Part shown: positions 50,770-64,000 of the stretch, one piece after another
Layout of the letters: the number at the start of each line of letters is the position of its first letter
Position numbering within the stretch: position 1 is the stretch's first letter
NCBI GenBank assembly: GCA_951406725.2
Contig: OX597830.1
Span: 52,576,001 to 52,640,000 of the forward strand
Direction: 5' to 3'
Source of the DNA: Octopus vulgaris
Taxonomy: Eukaryota
Length of the DNA stretch: 64,000 nucleotides
The notes under the pieces: generated by a model
Seen by the model: only the letters and a program-made list of their open reading frames with translations
Database searches by the model: none
What the model was told of the DNA's origin: nothing
Position numbers and translations under genes: made by a program

Positions 50770-51318
50770 CAAGCCAAGTGAGACTGTAACCGTGGCCTGT
50801 GCCAGTGCAGCATAACCAGCCCGTTTAAGAGTACCCTTCAATCATTGGGCAATAAACCATGCTTGCGAAGACCTGTTGAGGCAAGTGAAACGGTCATGAC
50901 TGATGACACTACTGCCTGATTGGCACCCGTGCTGGTGGCACATAAAAAGTACCATTCAAGCGTGTTCGATGCCAGTGCCGCCTGATTGGTCCTATGCCGA
51001 TGGCATGTAAAAAGCACCATTCAAGCATGGCCACTGCCAGTACCACCTGACTGGCTCTCATGCCAGAGACACATTAAAAAGCACCATTCGAGTGTGGTCG
51101 ATGCCAGTGCCGCCTGACTGGCCCTCGTGCCAGTGGCACGTAAAAGGCACCCACTACACTCTCGGAATGGTTGGCATTAGGAAGGGCATGCAGCTGTAGA
51201 AATATTGCCAGATCGGATTGGATCCTGGTGCTGCTTTCTGGCTCGCCAGTCCTCAGTCAAATCGTCCAACTCATGCCAGCATGGAAAGCGGATGTTAAAC
51301 GACGACGATGATGATGAT
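50770..51318 (+). mobile_element. RTE 3'-UTR-derived element with four ~65-bp tandem hairpin units
   Basis: aaaaagcacc-type unit ends near 50950, 51015, 51082 and 51148; conserved 3' block and (gat)n tail. Confidence 0.9.
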
Positions 51319-51508
51319 GAGAGAGAGAAAAAGATAGATTTTCTTCCCTCTTTCCCTTTCCCCTTCCCCCTCATACCTACCAATGTATTGTGTATGCTTT
51401 CTTTGATTCAGCTGCATCTAACCTGCTTCTTTCCAATTACCATCTTCACGCCTCATTGGATCAGTCGTAGATACATTTTTGTTCTCCACTATCGCAACAT
51501 GATCTCTT

Positions 51509-51547
<39 letters not shown>

Positions 51548-51682
51548 ACTTCATTGTACTTCTCTTGTGAGACATCTCTTATATGTGCACCATGCTGCTC
51601 TACTTAGTGTATATATGGATATATATATATTTGCGTGTCTATATGTATGTATGTGTGTGTGTTTGTCTACACACGCACACTG

Positions 51683-51730
<48 letters not shown>

Positions 51731-51831
51731 TTATAACTGTAAGAGTTATGAAATATATCAAAAAATATTTTTTACATAGTTCAAACATTTCCTGATGTAG
51801 AACCCAGTTTGTTGGGTACAGTAGCGAGATG

Positions 51832-51964
51832 TCATCATTGTTTAACGTCCGCTTTCCATGCTAGCATGGGTTGGACAAATGACTGAGGGCTGGCGAACCA
51901 GATGGCTGCACCAGACTTCAATCTTGATCTGGCAGAGTTTCTACAGCTGGATGCCCTTCCTAAC
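51832..51964 (-). mobile_element. RTE 3'-tail fragment
   Basis: Matches the ends of the copies at 58790 and 22776. Confidence 0.85.
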
Positions 51965-52439
51965 GATGTGTATATTGTATCTCAAGTTGGCACTCTGCTC
52001 TGAGTTTCACCACCATGAACAACCTAGGATGAAATTCTGAGCAGATTGTCAACTTTTGGTATAACAAATACACACATAGATAAACACAAACATATATATT
52101 GTTGCAGTACACCTGAGCATTGTATACTATAAGCTTGTTGTTGTGTGTGTATGTGTGTGTGTGCTTTGAGACAGTGGTGAGGTTGAGTGCATGATTGCAT
52201 AATGTTTCTACAAATGTTATATGATTATTACTGCATTTTACTGAAATGTGTGTATGTTCTTTAAAGCATTGACTACCACACCTTAGTTCTGTTTACTGTT
52301 TCTATTATTTGGCTTGTTTTCTGCACACTAGCCTATCCCAAGGTTGATGCCCCTCATTGTGCTACACTGGGTACTAGAATAGAGCATAAAATCCACTACC
52401 GATCTTGATCTTTGGTTGTCTGTTGCGCTTCACAGTGCC

Positions 52440-52504
<65 letters not shown>

Positions 52505-52671
52505 ATGTATATGTATTCAGTATAATACAAGTGAAAACCTCATAATGTGCATTTAAGAGTTCTTATGTCTTTATTTGGCTACCACGTTATCCTACAGTAG
52601 GGCTGGATACATATGTGGAACACCTTTGCATAAGATTAATACAAGGATAATATAACAAGAGAATGGAGGAT

Positions 52672-53158
52672 ATAATAATAATAATAATAATAATAATGAA
52701 ATCATTGTGTACAGTGCTCAGGTGCTCTACAACTTATCATAGGTGCATGTATAGTACATAGAATTATGTACAAATGTCAGGAAAGTGAACAGTGTATGAG
52801 TCATGATGTACATGTGTGCATGTGTATGGAGGTAGGGATATCAGGTGTAGTGTTAGCAGATTTCAGGAAGCATGGAGGTTTTAAAGGATGCAATATCTCG
52901 GCAGCTAACAACTGATGCAGGTAATTTGTTCCATGCTTCAGCAACCCTGAGTGTGAAAAAATGTTTCCGAAAGTCATGGGGAGCTGTGCTGTTTTCTGAC
53001 CTTGTAGGCATGCCCACATGTGTTAGATACATGGAATTCAAAAAGGTGCTCAAGGTTGTTGTTGGCACAATGATTAATAATTTTGTGGGTGTTTATTAAG
53101 TCAGTTGCCAGACGTCAGAGCTTCAATGTATCCATGCCCTGGGAAGTAAGGTGTTCAG
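52672..53158 (-). mobile_element. CR1/L2-group LINE 3' end with a (TTA)n tail
   Basis: Peptide HDFRKHFFTLRVAEAWNKLPASVV matches the R..FF..RV...WN.LP C-terminal motif; microsatellite tail at 52672-52697. Confidence 0.8.
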
Positions 53159-53164
53159 AAGATG

Positions 53165-53795
53165 CATAGGCCTTTGGCGATGATACCATGGGCAAAATTC
53201 AGATCAAAGAGTGATAGAACTGCATCAAACATGATCACACTTCATTAGAGAGTGAGGTGCACTCATGTAGGCTATCCACAAGCCAAAACAAGGAGCAAAT
53301 TGAGGTGATTTGGTGAATAGTGTTGGAAAACCATTGTGTAGCAATCCAGAAAATTACTCACAAAATGGGAATATGCACACGATCAGTGCATTCCATTTTA
53401 ATGGAGGCTTTTTGCATGCAGAGAGTGTTTGCAAAAAAATAAAGTTGAGTACTTTTGAAGCACCTTGTAATCCAGGCTTTTCTGGTCAAGAACATCACAC
53501 CACTTGTTCGACAGGCTCCCTATTCTCCCAACTTGGCACCCTGTGACTTCTGGCTCTTTCCCAAACAGAAAACCATGCTGAAAGGAAGCAATTTGAGTCA
53601 TGAGAGGAAATTATGAAAAAAACCAACTGTGGAGCTTCATAACTTTCCAGAGGTGTTACCAGCAGAAGCAAACTGCTGAGGGAAGCGTTTAAACTTTGAA
53701 TGAGAGTATTTCGAGGGTGATTAAATAAAATTTGTGAAATATACGAAATTGTTTTTCTTATGCCCTAAGGTCAGATACTTTTTGAATGCACTTTG
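53165..53795 (+). pseudogene. Decayed and rearranged mariner transposase with 3' TIR
   Basis: AFGDDTMGKIQIKE.. N-terminal piece; QAPYSPNLAPCDFWLFP (YSPDLAP motif) near 53512-53563; ..EYFEGD* end; TIR-like gtcagatactttttgaa. Confidence 0.8.
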
Positions 53796-55220
53796 TGCAT
53801 CATTGTCTTTTTATGTCCATTTTTCCATGTTGGATGGGACATTTTGATGTGTTTTATTGCCAGATACCCTCCTTAATGCTAAACCTTTTAGTCACCTTTG
53901 ACGCCACACTCATACACACACACGCACATTATAAATATAAAGGAAGTCAATACATTCATACATTAGATATGTGGAGAGGTCAATCACAATTGACACAATT
54001 TACAAGTCCTGTCTTGTTTATCCACAATGGTGATCAGTCAACCAGAAGACCTTGTTAAGTGAAACTATAGTTCAGAAATGCATTCACTCTCTACCTTACA
54101 CATGAATAAATGATCTCACTTTCTCTTCTTCCAGCTGAGGAAGCCATGTGTTCAGCTCTTCAGCAAAACACCTGCTCTTATCCTGCTTTCATACTTTCAC
54201 ATCCTTCAATACTATACCCCATTCAGTTAAGGGGTTTTGTCTTGTAAGTACTTGGCGACCTCACTAGTGCTGGTGCCATGAAAATAACTACCCAGTGTGC
54301 TGTGTAAAGTGTTTGGTGTTAGGAAAGGCATCCAGTTGATGAACATTCAGCTCAACACAGCTCTCTGGCTCATCAATTCCTATCAAATCATCCAACCCAT
54401 GCCAGCGCTGTGAAAGGGACTTAAATGATTTGTTTCAAATTTTGGCACAAGGCCAACAATTTCTGGGAAGGAGCTAAGTTGATTAAATCAATTCCAGTGC
54501 TCAACTGGTACTGAGTGCTCCTGCTACACAAGAATTGGATGAACCAGCCATCAATAGCACATGATCAGAATGGCTGCCTTGTGGTAACTGTTCTGACTCT
54601 CTGTTCCCCGAGTTCAAATCCTGTTAAGAAGAACTTTATTTTCATCTTTTTAGAAGTCAATAAATAAAGTACCAGTTAGAACTGTATGAATGCCAGGCCA
54701 GATACTTTACAATATATGCCCCAGCTCTTTGCATTCTAGCTTCAAATCCCACCATAGCTTACACGGGTGATAGACTTAATCCATCATCAAGCTTAACACC
54801 AGCACCTGGCACTTTGGATGTCTTTAACAGAGTCCATTCTGTCGCAGTCATGCAGACTGGTTTTCCAGTTTGAAGGATACATTTGTCTATCCCTCCCACC
54901 AAGTCTTAGAGATCCTGTAAACAGTCATGGCTCTCTCTTCCCACTATTTATGTTGGTGTGTGTGTGTATATGAGTAGGTGTTTGTTCAGTTTTATGTCCA
55001 TTTTTTCATGCTAGCATGAGTTAGATGAATATATTATCGAACCATTGTTTTTACAGCTGGATACCCTTACCTATTTTTCAAGTAATAGAGCTCATACGCC
55101 ACATGGTTTTGAAATGAGCAATATATAAACAAACAAACTCATACACACACAATGATTGTCGTTCAGTTTCTGCCTACCAAATCCACATACAAGGCATTGG
55201 TTAGTGTGAGGCTATAATAA

Positions 55221-55446
55221 GAAGCTGGCAGAACCGTTAGCATGCCGGGCGAAATGCTGAGCAGTATTTCGCCTGTCTCTACGTTCTGAGTTCAAATTCC
55301 GCCAAGGTCGACTTTGCCTTTCATCTTTTCGGGGTTGATAAATTAAGTACCAGTTATGCACTGGGGTCGATGTAATCGACTTAATCTGTTTGTCTGTCCT
55401 TGTTTGTCCCCTCTGTGTTTAGCCCCTTGTGGGTAGTAAAGAAATA
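55221..55446 (+). mobile_element. SINE family B inserted into a minus-strand family A copy (55161-55540)
   Basis: 13-bp TSD tataataagaagc at 55213-55225 and 55447-55459. Confidence 0.9.
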
Positions 55447-56001
55447 TATAATAAGAAGCAAGTTGCCCAAGGTGCCATGCAGAGGAACTGAACCCAAAAA
55501 TATGCAACTGAGAAACAAATTGCTTATCCACACTTCTGTGCCTGGGTTTGTGTACATACAAATACCCAGGGTACTTTTTCCGGTGTAACAGCTGAGTATA
55601 TAAATATAGTATAGTTATGTAATAATTACTTAAGTAGTTAATCTATTCCCCTAAACAGCCTTTGTTTTGAATTTCTGGATTATCTCACATAATCACCCTG
55701 TAAGTAGTAGTAGTAGCAGTAGTGGTAAAGCATTGTCTATTACTTGGCTACTGTAAATGCTACTTTTCTTACAAGGCAGTGATTTACAGGGGTATATAAG
55801 TTAAGTTATCACTGTGTATATAAAGCAGTAATTTATTAGTGACCTGTATGATAGTGACCTGCCAGCATATATAAGGTCATGGTTTACCAGTGTTTGTGTG
55901 TATATAAGACAGCGTTTTACTAAAGTATATAAAGCAGTGACCTACCAGTGTTTATAAGATCTTGATTTACCAGTGTGTATACATGTTTAAGTTCACTGTG
56001 G

Positions 56002-56192
56002 ATCATCATCATCATCATCGTTTAACGTCCGCTTTCCATGCTAGCATGGGTTGGACGATTTTGACTGAGGGCTGGCGACCCAGAGGGCTGCACCAGGCTC
56101 CAATCTTGATCTGGCAGAGTTTCTACAGCTGGATATGCCCTTCCTAATGCCAGCCACTCCAAGAGTGTAGTCCAACCACTCTGAGAGTGTAG
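56002..56192 (-). mobile_element. RTE 3'-tail fragment
   Basis: (cat)n-gtttaacgtccgctttccatgctagcatggg..cccttcctaatgcc. Confidence 0.85.
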
Positions 56193-56398
56193 TTTGGATG
56201 TTTTGTGATATTCTTTGTGCCTCAGTTCCTTTATTTAAGGGAATACATTTCAGATATTATGGGAAGGCATTCTGAGCTGTTCTGAGGAACAAGATGTATC
56301 CCACTTTATGTGGCAGAGAACCAGGCCACAAATTATGTTTGTCACCCAAGATCAGGTACAATCCATCCATTAAGCTTCCATATGTGTGTGTGTACATG

Positions 56399-56684
56399 TA
56401 CAAGAGTTAAGGAATGGAGTAGATAAGATCTAGACTACATATGTTTCATAACAAGCAGATCTCAGAAGTGGTAAATATCCAAGCAAGGTGTATACCACAG
56501 GCTACCCTTCAGGCCAAGAATACCTCCTTGTGACACTGTAAGCTTTCATTTAATTAAGATATCTTTGGCCTGAAGAGCAGCCTGCAGTATATACCTTGCT
56601 TGGATATTTACCACTTCTGAAGTTCCACTCGCTATGAAACATATGTAGCCCAGATCTTATCTACTCCATTCTTTAACTCTTGTA
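56399..56684. repeat. Long inverted repeat (~120-bp arms), probably a Penelope-like fold-back terminus
   Basis: 56399-56517 is the diverged reverse complement of about 56565-56684. Confidence 0.88.
56567..56650 (+). ncRNA. Type I hammerhead ribozyme motif, with a mutated mirror copy on the minus strand in the other arm
   Basis: ggc-CTGAAGA-gcagc..gctat-GAAAC-atat-GTA-gcc. Stem I ggc/gcc; palindromic stem III ACATATGT. Confidence 0.8.
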
Positions 56685-56890
56685 TTCTTATTTGCATACC
56701 CAGCAACTCTGATTGCCTACCATGGAATATAAAAAGATCTTTTTCAGTTTATCGTACTTTGATACGAAAAAATCCATAACCTTCTATCTCAGTAAACCAC
56801 TGTTGTCCCTGAAAGTTGTTTTTTATATTTACTACGGATTGCTTGAAGCTGACTTTCTTCCTACACCACAATCCTTGAATCTTGTATGTA

Positions 56891-56921
<31 letters not shown>

Positions 56922-57325
56922 TATATTATATTAAATTAGAGATAAAACCACTAATAGGCAAATCAAACAATGAAAAACTTAAGCCAATACATAAAATTAA
57001 TTAATTTATATTATTTTAAATATATATCAAAAGTATTAAAAGTTTAATAAAAGATAATGAGTATATATATATATATATATATATATATCCATATCCTCTC
57101 AACCCACCAATCCTGTCCTCTTGGCCCTGTCTCATTGTAGCACTGCTATCAGCTACCCCCCCCCCCCGATCTGTGTGTTCCACACACCCTACTCCAACAA
57201 AGTAATCTTTATCTATTCTCTTTACATTTCCTCCTTCATACACTAAGCCTACCTCTCACTCCTCAATCCTGTCCTCATAGCCCTGTTCCTCTGTATCATT
57301 GCTATCCTGTACCCCCCCCCCGCTG

Positions 57326-57368
<43 letters not shown>

Positions 57369-57673
57369 TCAGGTTTTCACCAGTTACTTCCTTTCTAATC
57401 ACACTTCTTTGGCACTATCCTGCCACTTATATTATGACCTTCAAGCCTCAAGCGTATTCCCTTGCACTTGCCACCATCCGTATCTCTCTCTTCCTTTACT
57501 CAACCATCCCCCATTTATATTTTGATCCCCATCCCTTGTGAGTATGCCCTGAACTTTGCCACCATCTCTATCCTGATGTCTCCCACTCTCTCTCTCCTTC
57601 TCCTGCACTTAGCTAAGGTTGGGCAACCATGTATCTCCTTTGTGGCAGCACACCTATTTCTGTCTTCTTTCCT

Positions 57674-57718
<45 letters not shown>

Positions 57719-57837
57719 TTGTTCCTCTTCTATAGTAAGATACCTGTTTCTGTCTCACTATTACCTTTCATCATCTGACACAAGATCACTTCATCCAATG
57801 CTCCTTCCCCTCTCAAAAGATTTTTGTCTTCCAAGCT

Positions 57838-58139
57838 ACTTGGTGACCCTGCCAGTGCTGATACCATGTAAAAAGCACCCAGTCCACACTGTTAAGTGTT
57901 TGGTGTTTGGAAGGGCATCCAGCTGTAAAAACCTTGCCAAAACTGACTTCGCCTGTGCTTGTGCCAAGTAAAAAGCACTCAGTCCACTCTGCTGGGTGAT
58001 TGATATTAGGAAGGGCATACAGCCATAAAAACCATGCCAAAACAGACGCAGAGGTCTGGTGCAGGCTTCTGCCTGGCCGGCTCTTGTCAAACTGTCCAAC
58101 CCATGCCAGCATGGAAGGCAGACATTAAATGATGATGAT
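57838..58139 (+). mobile_element. RTE 3'-tail element with a duplicated aaaagcac..gaagggcat block
   Basis: The block occurs twice before the catggaaggcagacattaaatgatgatgat end. Confidence 0.8.
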
Positions 58140-58789
58140 ACATATAGATTAATGTTTATTTTTATGTCCAGTTTAATAAAAGCAATTTTGCATTAATCTG
58201 ATGGTTTACTCTATACTTTTGCAGAGTACAAATTTATTATTCTTATACAAGCATGTTGTTGACCATATCAGGACAATTAACCCACCCACCCCCGGACAAT
58301 TACCCCCACCCCAACAACATCAACTATCCCTAGGACAATTACCACTCCCCACCAGTAGTTACCCCCTCTCCAATAGTTCTAAATCATCATCTGTTGTCCT
58401 TGGATGGGGGTGGGGGTTATTGTCCATGGAGGGTAAATGTCCTAGACTCATTGTTGACAGTGACTTTGAAGTTTTTGCCAGCTAAGCCATCATCAGACAT
58501 ACATATATATATTATAATAATAATAATAATAATAATTTGAGGGAATATTATTCCTAACTTACAGGAAAAAATTCAATTTAGAAATACTAAATCAAATTTC
58601 ACAAAATATAATATATATATATATATCAAATTAGAAAAAAACCACCTTTTATCAATTCAAAATGAAAAATTAAATTACATCATCTAGAAAATTACATATA
58701 ATAGAAATATTAAATATAAAATAACAATAATATACCGATGATTAAGTAAATTGCAAAAAAATAATAAATAAAACGTATATATTTGTTAT

Positions 58790-59118
58790 ATCATCATCAT
58801 CATCATCATCATTTAACGTCCGCTTTCCATGCTAGCATGGGTTGGACGATTTTGACTAAGGGCTGGCGAACCAGATGGCTGCACCAGGCTCCAATCTTGA
58901 TTTGGCAGAGTTTCTACAGCTGGATGCCCTTGCTAACACCAACCACTCTGAGAGTGTAGTGGGTGCTTTTTATGTGCCACCGGCACAGGAGACAGTCAGG
59001 CGGTACTGGCAATGACCTCGCTAGAATCATTTTACTCATGCCACTGGCACAGGTGCCAGTAAGGCAACGTTGGAAACAATCACGCTCGAATGGTGCCCTT
59101 TTACGTGCTACCGGCACG
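58790..59118 (-). mobile_element. RTE 3'-UTR-derived element with about three tandem units
   Basis: Reverse complement of the 31812 and 50770 type. Confidence 0.88.
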
Positions 59119-61426
59119 GAAACAAATGACTTGGATCAATGAACTCTAAGCTGTGGCAGAAGACACTCACTCAAAGTTGCAATGTACTGATATTAAACTG
59201 AAAATTACATGATTAATGACTAATCAAACTCCTTTACCATGCAGTCATACTTGTATCCATGTTAGATAATCTCACCTTGTTGTTCATTACCAGACCTTAT
59301 TATGAGAATTCATAATTAATTGGTTAGTGAGTTAATTATGTTGTTGAAAGTTGGCTGTAGGTTTGAGAGAGAGACAGAGAGAGAGAGAGAGATGGAAAGA
59401 GAGTTGTGCATTAGGTGATGGGGAAGAGGGAGGATGGTGTGTAGTGATTTTGTGGTTTGGGGAGAAAAATGATTTAAGACCAACTGATGAAGTCATTGTT
59501 CTTGGTTTACCGGGGGGGGGGGTCTACCACTTCCACCGCTACCATAATAACAAGATAATGGTAATGGTAGAAGAGGTGTGAATAATGAATTTTTAGAGAT
59601 GTTTTATTTTGTGGGGGGGTGGGGGATGGGAGACGAGGCGAAGGTGTGAAGCTAATCTGTCTAACCTGCTTAATTTTGTTGTTTTCTTTGGGTTAAGAAA
59701 AAAGAAAAGAAAGAAAGAAAGAAAGAAATTTAGTAAACTAAAACTTGCTGTCCAGAGTGTGATAGTTAATCTTTTACTAATGCTATATTGGTAATACTCC
59801 AAGAGATTACCATTGTAATATCCTCTCTGTCGGCGCTAGTCAAGTGTTTATCTAATTTGTCTGATTCACTTGTAAATTAATCAGTTTTACTGGTGGAATA
59901 CTATGAAAAAATGGTTCAAGGAACAGCAGTCTCTTTACAGTTTAATATCTTTGCTTTCAGGAATGAGTGGTGCCAGAAGTGATAGTCTGCCAAAATATAT
60001 TAACTTGCAGTATTTATTATATTTTCATCCCTCTGAGTTCAGGGATTCTGATTATGGAAAGTTCCATTTTGTCTCTTTTACCCCCTTGGGTTTTAATCTA
60101 AAAAGATGGGAAAGTAATACCAGTGATCTGCTGGTACTGATTGAATCAAATGTCTGTTCTCCCTAACAAATATGTATTTAGTTATATCTCTCAGAGTCCA
60201 ATACCAGATTACACTGTGTAACGCAGTTTTTGACTTTGCGTAGCAACCACTGTTTCCTTTTTGCTTACCCCTAGAGAATATGAAAAATAGCTAATATTTC
60301 CTTCAAACTTTGCTTTTGTTACATTTATTCAGACCTCAAAGTATCCCTCTGGACACATGGCTATGATGCTCCCCGCCCTCCCACACTTGCTTATGATCAG
60401 AGATGCACATATTCTCAACCATCAAGGGACGTGCTCAAGTGGTTATGGTCAAGCAACTAACAACCAAGTCTGTGGTATTGAGCGGAATATTTGCTGTAGC
60501 GATATTTCTGCTTTAGCAAGTCAGCACTGAATCTGTCTGAAATGTAATGGAAAACAAGTCAGTTTGGAAACATTGATGTCCAGGCTCACAAAAGCAAAGT
60601 TTGAAAGGAATAGTAGTAATTTCTTTTGATTTCTTGATAGAAGCAAATAGAAAATAACACTTACTGACCAAAGACAAAAAACAATTAGAATTTCATTAAA
60701 CAGTTTTATACCAATTCTTCTGCTTTCCTGGCTGTTAAGGCTTTAAACATTCTGATTTCAAATCCCATCAAGGTCACCTTTGCCTTTCATACTTCCAGGA
60801 TCAATAAAATGAAGTGCCAATCAAGTACAGGAATCAATGTAATCAACGAAGCCCCTTCCCTCAAAATTGCTGTCCTTGTCCCTAAATTAAACTCAAGTAC
60901 CATTATTAGGTATTTTCCACAGCCAGCAAGTTCAGTACTATGTGTTACCATCTCGGTCTTTCTTGTTCCATCTTTATACATTTACTGTGTAAGTCTGTCC
61001 AATTCTTCATGTTACCCAACCACGTCATTCTTGGTTTCCCACTTTTCTTTCTTCTCATTCATTTCTAACAGAGTCTACAAACCATTTTCTTTAATTAATC
61101 TCCAAAATATTTTAATTTTCTCTTTTTGACAGTATTTATAATAAAATGTTCTTAGCTTTTCCCATCTTAGGACTTCATCATTGGTTTTGGCAGTCTTTCT
61201 ACGATCTGAATCAAAAGTGTATGTGTGTATATATATATATATATATAATTTCAACAATTGAGGGTAAAATTAATTAATTATTAATCAATTTCACCAAGTA
61301 TTCATATGTATATATATATATATATAGTAAGATATTATATATACATACATACATACATACATACATACATAGAGTTCTAAAAGTTTTTTAGCTACTATTT
61401 CTAATGAGTTCACATCTTACTAACTT

Positions 61427-61538
<112 letters not shown>

Positions 61539-61541
61539 GTA

Positions 61542-61627
<86 letters not shown>

Positions 61628-61629
61628 CT

Positions 61630-61990
61630 AGGAGCTAAACCTGATGAGTGTATCCTTTAGTTCATGTAGTTGTGTATCCCTGGTGTTTGTATTAGAAACT
61701 ATTATACAAATTCTTTTTGCCGAGTTGAGTGGGATATTCATTCTAGTGTCTGAGGTAGCATGAGTTGAATGGTAGATATTGCTTGGAGTCCATAGGCTTA
61801 TAGTATATGTCTGTTTCGATTTTGTTGTTGGCTTTCTTAATGAGGATGTTGATGAATGGAAATTGTTGATGGCTATATTCCATCGTAAATTGAATGTTTA
61901 TGTCAAGTCTATTTAGAAGTGCTTGAAATTCTTTATGTCTCTCTATACTTTCATGCCAAAGAATGAAGCGGTCATCCAAATACTGCTTCC
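61630..61990 (-). pseudogene. Penelope-like element reverse transcriptase fragment
   Basis: YLDDRFILW..LLNRLDINIQFTME..FPFINILI..IETDIYYKPMDSKQYLPFNSCY matches the PLE pattern Y.DD..I.FT.E..LPFLD..T..Y.KPT....YL...S.H. Confidence 0.85.
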
Positions 61991-62278
61991 AATCAAAATC
62001 CAGAACCTACATCCTTCATAAATATTTCTTCAGCTCTGCTAATACCTACCTACCGAGCCTTCAGAAAAGTAAAAGAGAGAGAGACAGAAAAGAGAAAAAT
62101 GTCCCATGTTTTAGAAAACTATGGAAATATTTTTTAAAAAAACATTTTATTTAATTTTTCCACAGTTTGTTTTTCATGCTTTACTCTATGTCGAAAAAGT
62201 TGCAAAGATTGAAAATGGTACTAAAATGTTCTTCATGAGAAAATTATTTTAGCATTTTCTACCTTGTCCTAATTTCCT

Positions 62279-62314
<36 letters not shown>

Positions 62315-62401
62315 AATATATGCATACATATATACAAATATATGCATACATGTATACAAATATATGCATACATGTATACATATATATGCATACATATATA
62401 C

Positions 62402-62473
<72 letters not shown>

Positions 62474-62474
<1 letters not shown>

Positions 62475-62672
62475 TGGCCGCGTGTGTACCGTTGGCAATT
62501 TTTTTCCTCTGTCTTCCCTTCTCTGGATCTTTCCTTCTCCTATGTTTCCGATGAACAGCTCCGCTCGAAACGTTAAACCCTCCTTCTTTCCTTCTTTCCT
62601 GAGCGTCCAATAATACTATATTTGTTCCACGTCCTCGCATTGTTGTGTTTTTTTGTGCTTTCATCTTTGGAT

Positions 62673-62677
<5 letters not shown>
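62474..62677 (+). mobile_element. ~205-bp hammerhead-bearing element, copy 3
   Basis: ccgatga-acagctccgctc-GAAAC-gttaaac; same ends as copies 1 and 2. Confidence 0.78.
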
Positions 62678-62730
<53 letters not shown>

Positions 62731-63084
62731 CATACACACACATGTGTGTGTGTGACACAGAGAGAGAGAGATAGCAGCTAAAATTCAAACTCTCATTAAT
62801 AAAACCACCCGTTTCAACTTACCCTTCTGCCAAGCTGTTATGATTCAACAAAGGACACATGCAATTTATAAGTACATTATTTTGCTTTCTGTTAGAAAGC
62901 CTGAAATTACTTATGTTTTATGGATTTTGTTTTTTTCTGATGCTGTCACGTATAGCTTAAATCAGGGATGGTAAGAGGGGGAGGTGGTGGTGAGGACAAA
63001 TCTCTCCTTATCTGGAAGGCCAACACCCATCCTCACCTGATAATTTCTCAGCATGCTTCATTGGCTTGAGAATTTGATTACCTG

Positions 63085-63136
<52 letters not shown>

Positions 63137-64000
63137 AATATATATATGCACGTGTGCGTGCGTGCATCTATGCATACATATGTTGCTAACATTGCAATTA
63201 TAAATAACATTGCCATCACATAAATAACAACAATATATTGACCCAGAGCAAATCTCGGCTAGCTGACTTACTATTACTACTGCTACTACTACCACCACCA
63301 CCACCACCATCATCACTACTACAGCTATTACCACTACAACCACCTCGGCCACTCCTGCCTCTACCACCAGTATCACTATCACCATCACTACCACCTCCAC
63401 CACCTCCGCCACTACGACTAATGATTTATTGCTAGTGAGTTGATTATAATCTTTGTTGTTGTTATTATCAGCTCAACTCCCAATCAAAACATATCTACTT
63501 AAACCATATTATCCTCTGAGGTTTTGAGGTTAGATATACACCACACACACACTCCTTGTATCATCACTTCAAGGTTTACTGGAGAGGTGTTTTTTATCAG
63601 TCTTCTCTCTCCCTCTTCTCACACCCTCTCTTCTCTCTCTCTCTCTTTCATTCACTCCTCTCTCCTTTTGCTGATTCACTCTCCTTCTGCTCTCTCTCTG
63701 GCTTCCTCACTCTCACTCCTCTTTTTTCCCTCTTCACTCTCTCTCTCTCCACTAACAAATACAGTGATGAAATGGTCATCTGAATGTTTTAGTCCTTTAA
63801 CTTAGATGGCCTGACATTTTTGGTAGCTTTGGGATACACAAACAGACAAACAGAGTGGGAGAGTCGGACGGAAGTACCATGGAGATTCTGTGACCAGTGA
63901 TTTGTTGTTTCCAGTGCTTTTGCGGTGGGGTTAATTTTGGAGAATCTGGCTTTGATTTTTGCAAGAAGAAACGTTTCCCAGACGCAAAGCACAGAAACCT

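Noticed and set aside
50910-51150. CRISPR-like or attC-like array of hairpin repeats
   Set aside because: The units are whole tandem copies of an RTE 3'-UTR module with no unique spacers.
61150-61185. Minus-strand hammerhead (atgatga-agtcc..gggaaaagct)
   Set aside because: The first core C is missing and stems II and III cannot be built convincingly.
63008-63435. Val-rich and Pro-rich ORFs
   Set aside because: They derive from (CAC/TAC)n and (GA)n low-complexity repeats.

Overview
This is eukaryotic, AT-rich, repeat-saturated DNA (intronic or intergenic) with a 100-N assembly gap at 21782-21881. The repeat content (tRNA-headed SINE families, dense (TA)n/(CA)n/(GATA)n tracts, an RTE LINE with a (GAT)n tail) fits a coleoid cephalopod, probably Octopus; this is inference. 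I cannot support any host protein-coding gene, and almost all ORFs in the track are microsatellite or SINE artefacts. All recognisable coding sequence is transposon-derived: a young 5'-truncated RTE LINE with an unbroken RT frame carrying a PHD finger inside the RT domain, an RTE endonuclease fragment, a decayed Buster/SPIN-type hAT with TIRs and TSD (split by a solo-LTR-like insert), two mariner remnants, a CR1-type 3' end and a Penelope-like RT fragment. The most interesting signals are: (1) many sequence-unrelated minimal hammerhead-ribozyme motifs in short elements embedded in TA microsatellites, some in long fold-backs; (2) the PHD-in-RT RTE and its many short 3'-tail derivatives with a tandemly amplified hairpin module; (3) head/body/tail shuffling between SINE families. 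All calls were made by eye and element boundaries are approximate unless a TSD or TIR is quoted. SINE family labels A-D are my own.
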